NCBI RefSeq assembly: GCF_041886205.1
Contig: NZ_CP169029.1
DNA length: 64,000 nt
Reading direction: 5' to 3' (one strand)
Source of the DNA: Escherichia coli
Lineage (GTDB): Bacteria; Pseudomonadota; Gammaproteobacteria; Enterobacterales; Enterobacteriaceae
A model generated the notes under the pieces. It was not told the origin of the DNA, ran no database searches, and saw only the letters and a program-made list of their open reading frames with translations. The first letter of the stretch is position 1. Each line of letters starts with the position of its first letter. The position numbers and the translations under genes are program-made. This document shows, piece after piece, positions 63,167-64,000 of the stretch.

Positions 63167-64000
63167 GAAGTAACTCCAGCAGATATTGGCCGTAGCCAGT
63201 TTTCGCTAATGAACTGGCAGCACGCTTCACACCCTCGTCATCGAGCCAGCCGTTACGCCAGGCGATCTCTTCCAGGCAGGCAATCTTAAAGCCCTGGCGT
63301 TTTTCTACTGTCTGCACAAAGGTACTGGCTTCAATCAGGCTGTCGTGAGTGCCAGTGTCCAGCCAGGCAAATCCGCGCCCGAGCAGTTCAACGGTCAGGT
63401 TGCCCGCCTCGAGGTACATCTGGTTGATGGAGGTAATCTCCAGTTCACCACGCTCCGACGGCTTCACCTGCTTTGCGTACTCCACGACTTTACTGTCGTA
63501 GAAATAAAGCCCGGTCACCGCCCAGTTTGACTTCGGCTGTTTTGGCTTTTCTTCCAGCGAGATAACGCGGAAATTGTCGTCAAACTCCACCACGCCAAAG
63601 CGTTCCGGGTCCATCACCTGATAGCCAAATACCGTCGCCCCTTCCGTGCGCGCCGCAACATGACGCAGCTTCGGACTGAAGCCCTGACCGAAGAAGATGT
63701 TATCGCCCAGCACCAGACAAGAAGGTTCACCGTTGAGGAAGGTTTCACCGATGATAAAGGCCTGCGCCAGACCGTCCGGGCTGGGCTGTTCGGCGTATTC
63801 CAGCTGGATACCGAACTCACTACCATCGCCCAGCAGGCGCTGGAAATAACCTTTATCTTCCGGCGTAGTGATGATGAGAATTTCGCGGATACCGGCCAAC
63901 ATCAGCACCGACAGCGGATAGTAAATCATTGGCTTATCGTAAATCGGCAACAGTTGCTTCGATACGCCGCGCGTAATCGGATGCAATCGGGTGCCGGAAC
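63144..64000 (-). CDS. rffH: Glucose-1-phosphate thymidylyltransferase RffH, 3' part (5' end lies beyond the window)
   Basis: The frame is open to the window edge and reads ...[51 protein letters not shown]... Confidence 0.93.
   Translation of the reverse strand, partial: SGTRLHPITRGVSKQLLPIYDKPMIYYPLSVLMLAGIREILIITTPEDKGYFQRLLGDGSEFGIQLEYAEQPSPDGLAQAFIIGETFLNGEPSCLVLGDNIFFGQGFSPKLRHVAARTEGATVFGYQVMDPERFGVVEFDDNFRVISLEEKPKQPKSNWAVTGLYFYDSKVVEYAKQVKPSERGELEITSINQMYLEAGNLTVELLGRGFAWLDTGTHDSLIEASTFVQTVEKRQGFKIACLEEIAWRNGWLDDEGVKRAASSLAKTGYGQYLLELLRARPRQY

Overview
This window is a conserved Escherichia coli chromosomal segment, recognised by reading the ORF translations against remembered K-12 proteins; no search was run. 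It matches the K-12 region hemG-trkH through the wec (enterobacterial common antigen) cluster, in inverted orientation relative to standard K-12 coordinates. Gene order is hemG'-trkH-yigZ-pepQ / fadBA / fre-ubiD / rfaH / tatDCBA-ubiB-ubiJ-ubiE-rmuC-udp / ysgA / metE / metR / yigM-yigL-pldB / rhtB / rhtC-recQ-pldA / yigI-rarD-yigG-yigF / corA / yigE / uvrD-yigB-xerC-yigA-dapF-yifL / cyaY / cyaA / hemCDXY / aslA / aslB / tRNA proM-leuT-hisR-argX / yifK / wecG-wzyE-wecF-wzxE-wecE-wecD-rffH'. Almost everything is core housekeeping sequence, with REP/BIME repeats, a FadR operator and a LexA box where expected. The main candidate for something new is a roughly 3 kb segment between yifL and cyaY carrying two translationally coupled, paralogous genes for signal-peptide-bearing repeat proteins with DKNYY-like motifs; as far as I recall K-12 has only a short intergenic region there. 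A second, weaker candidate is an unassigned 110-aa ORF that fits exactly between yigL and yigM. No IS elements, integrases (other than chromosomal xerC), CRISPR arrays or prophage genes were seen.
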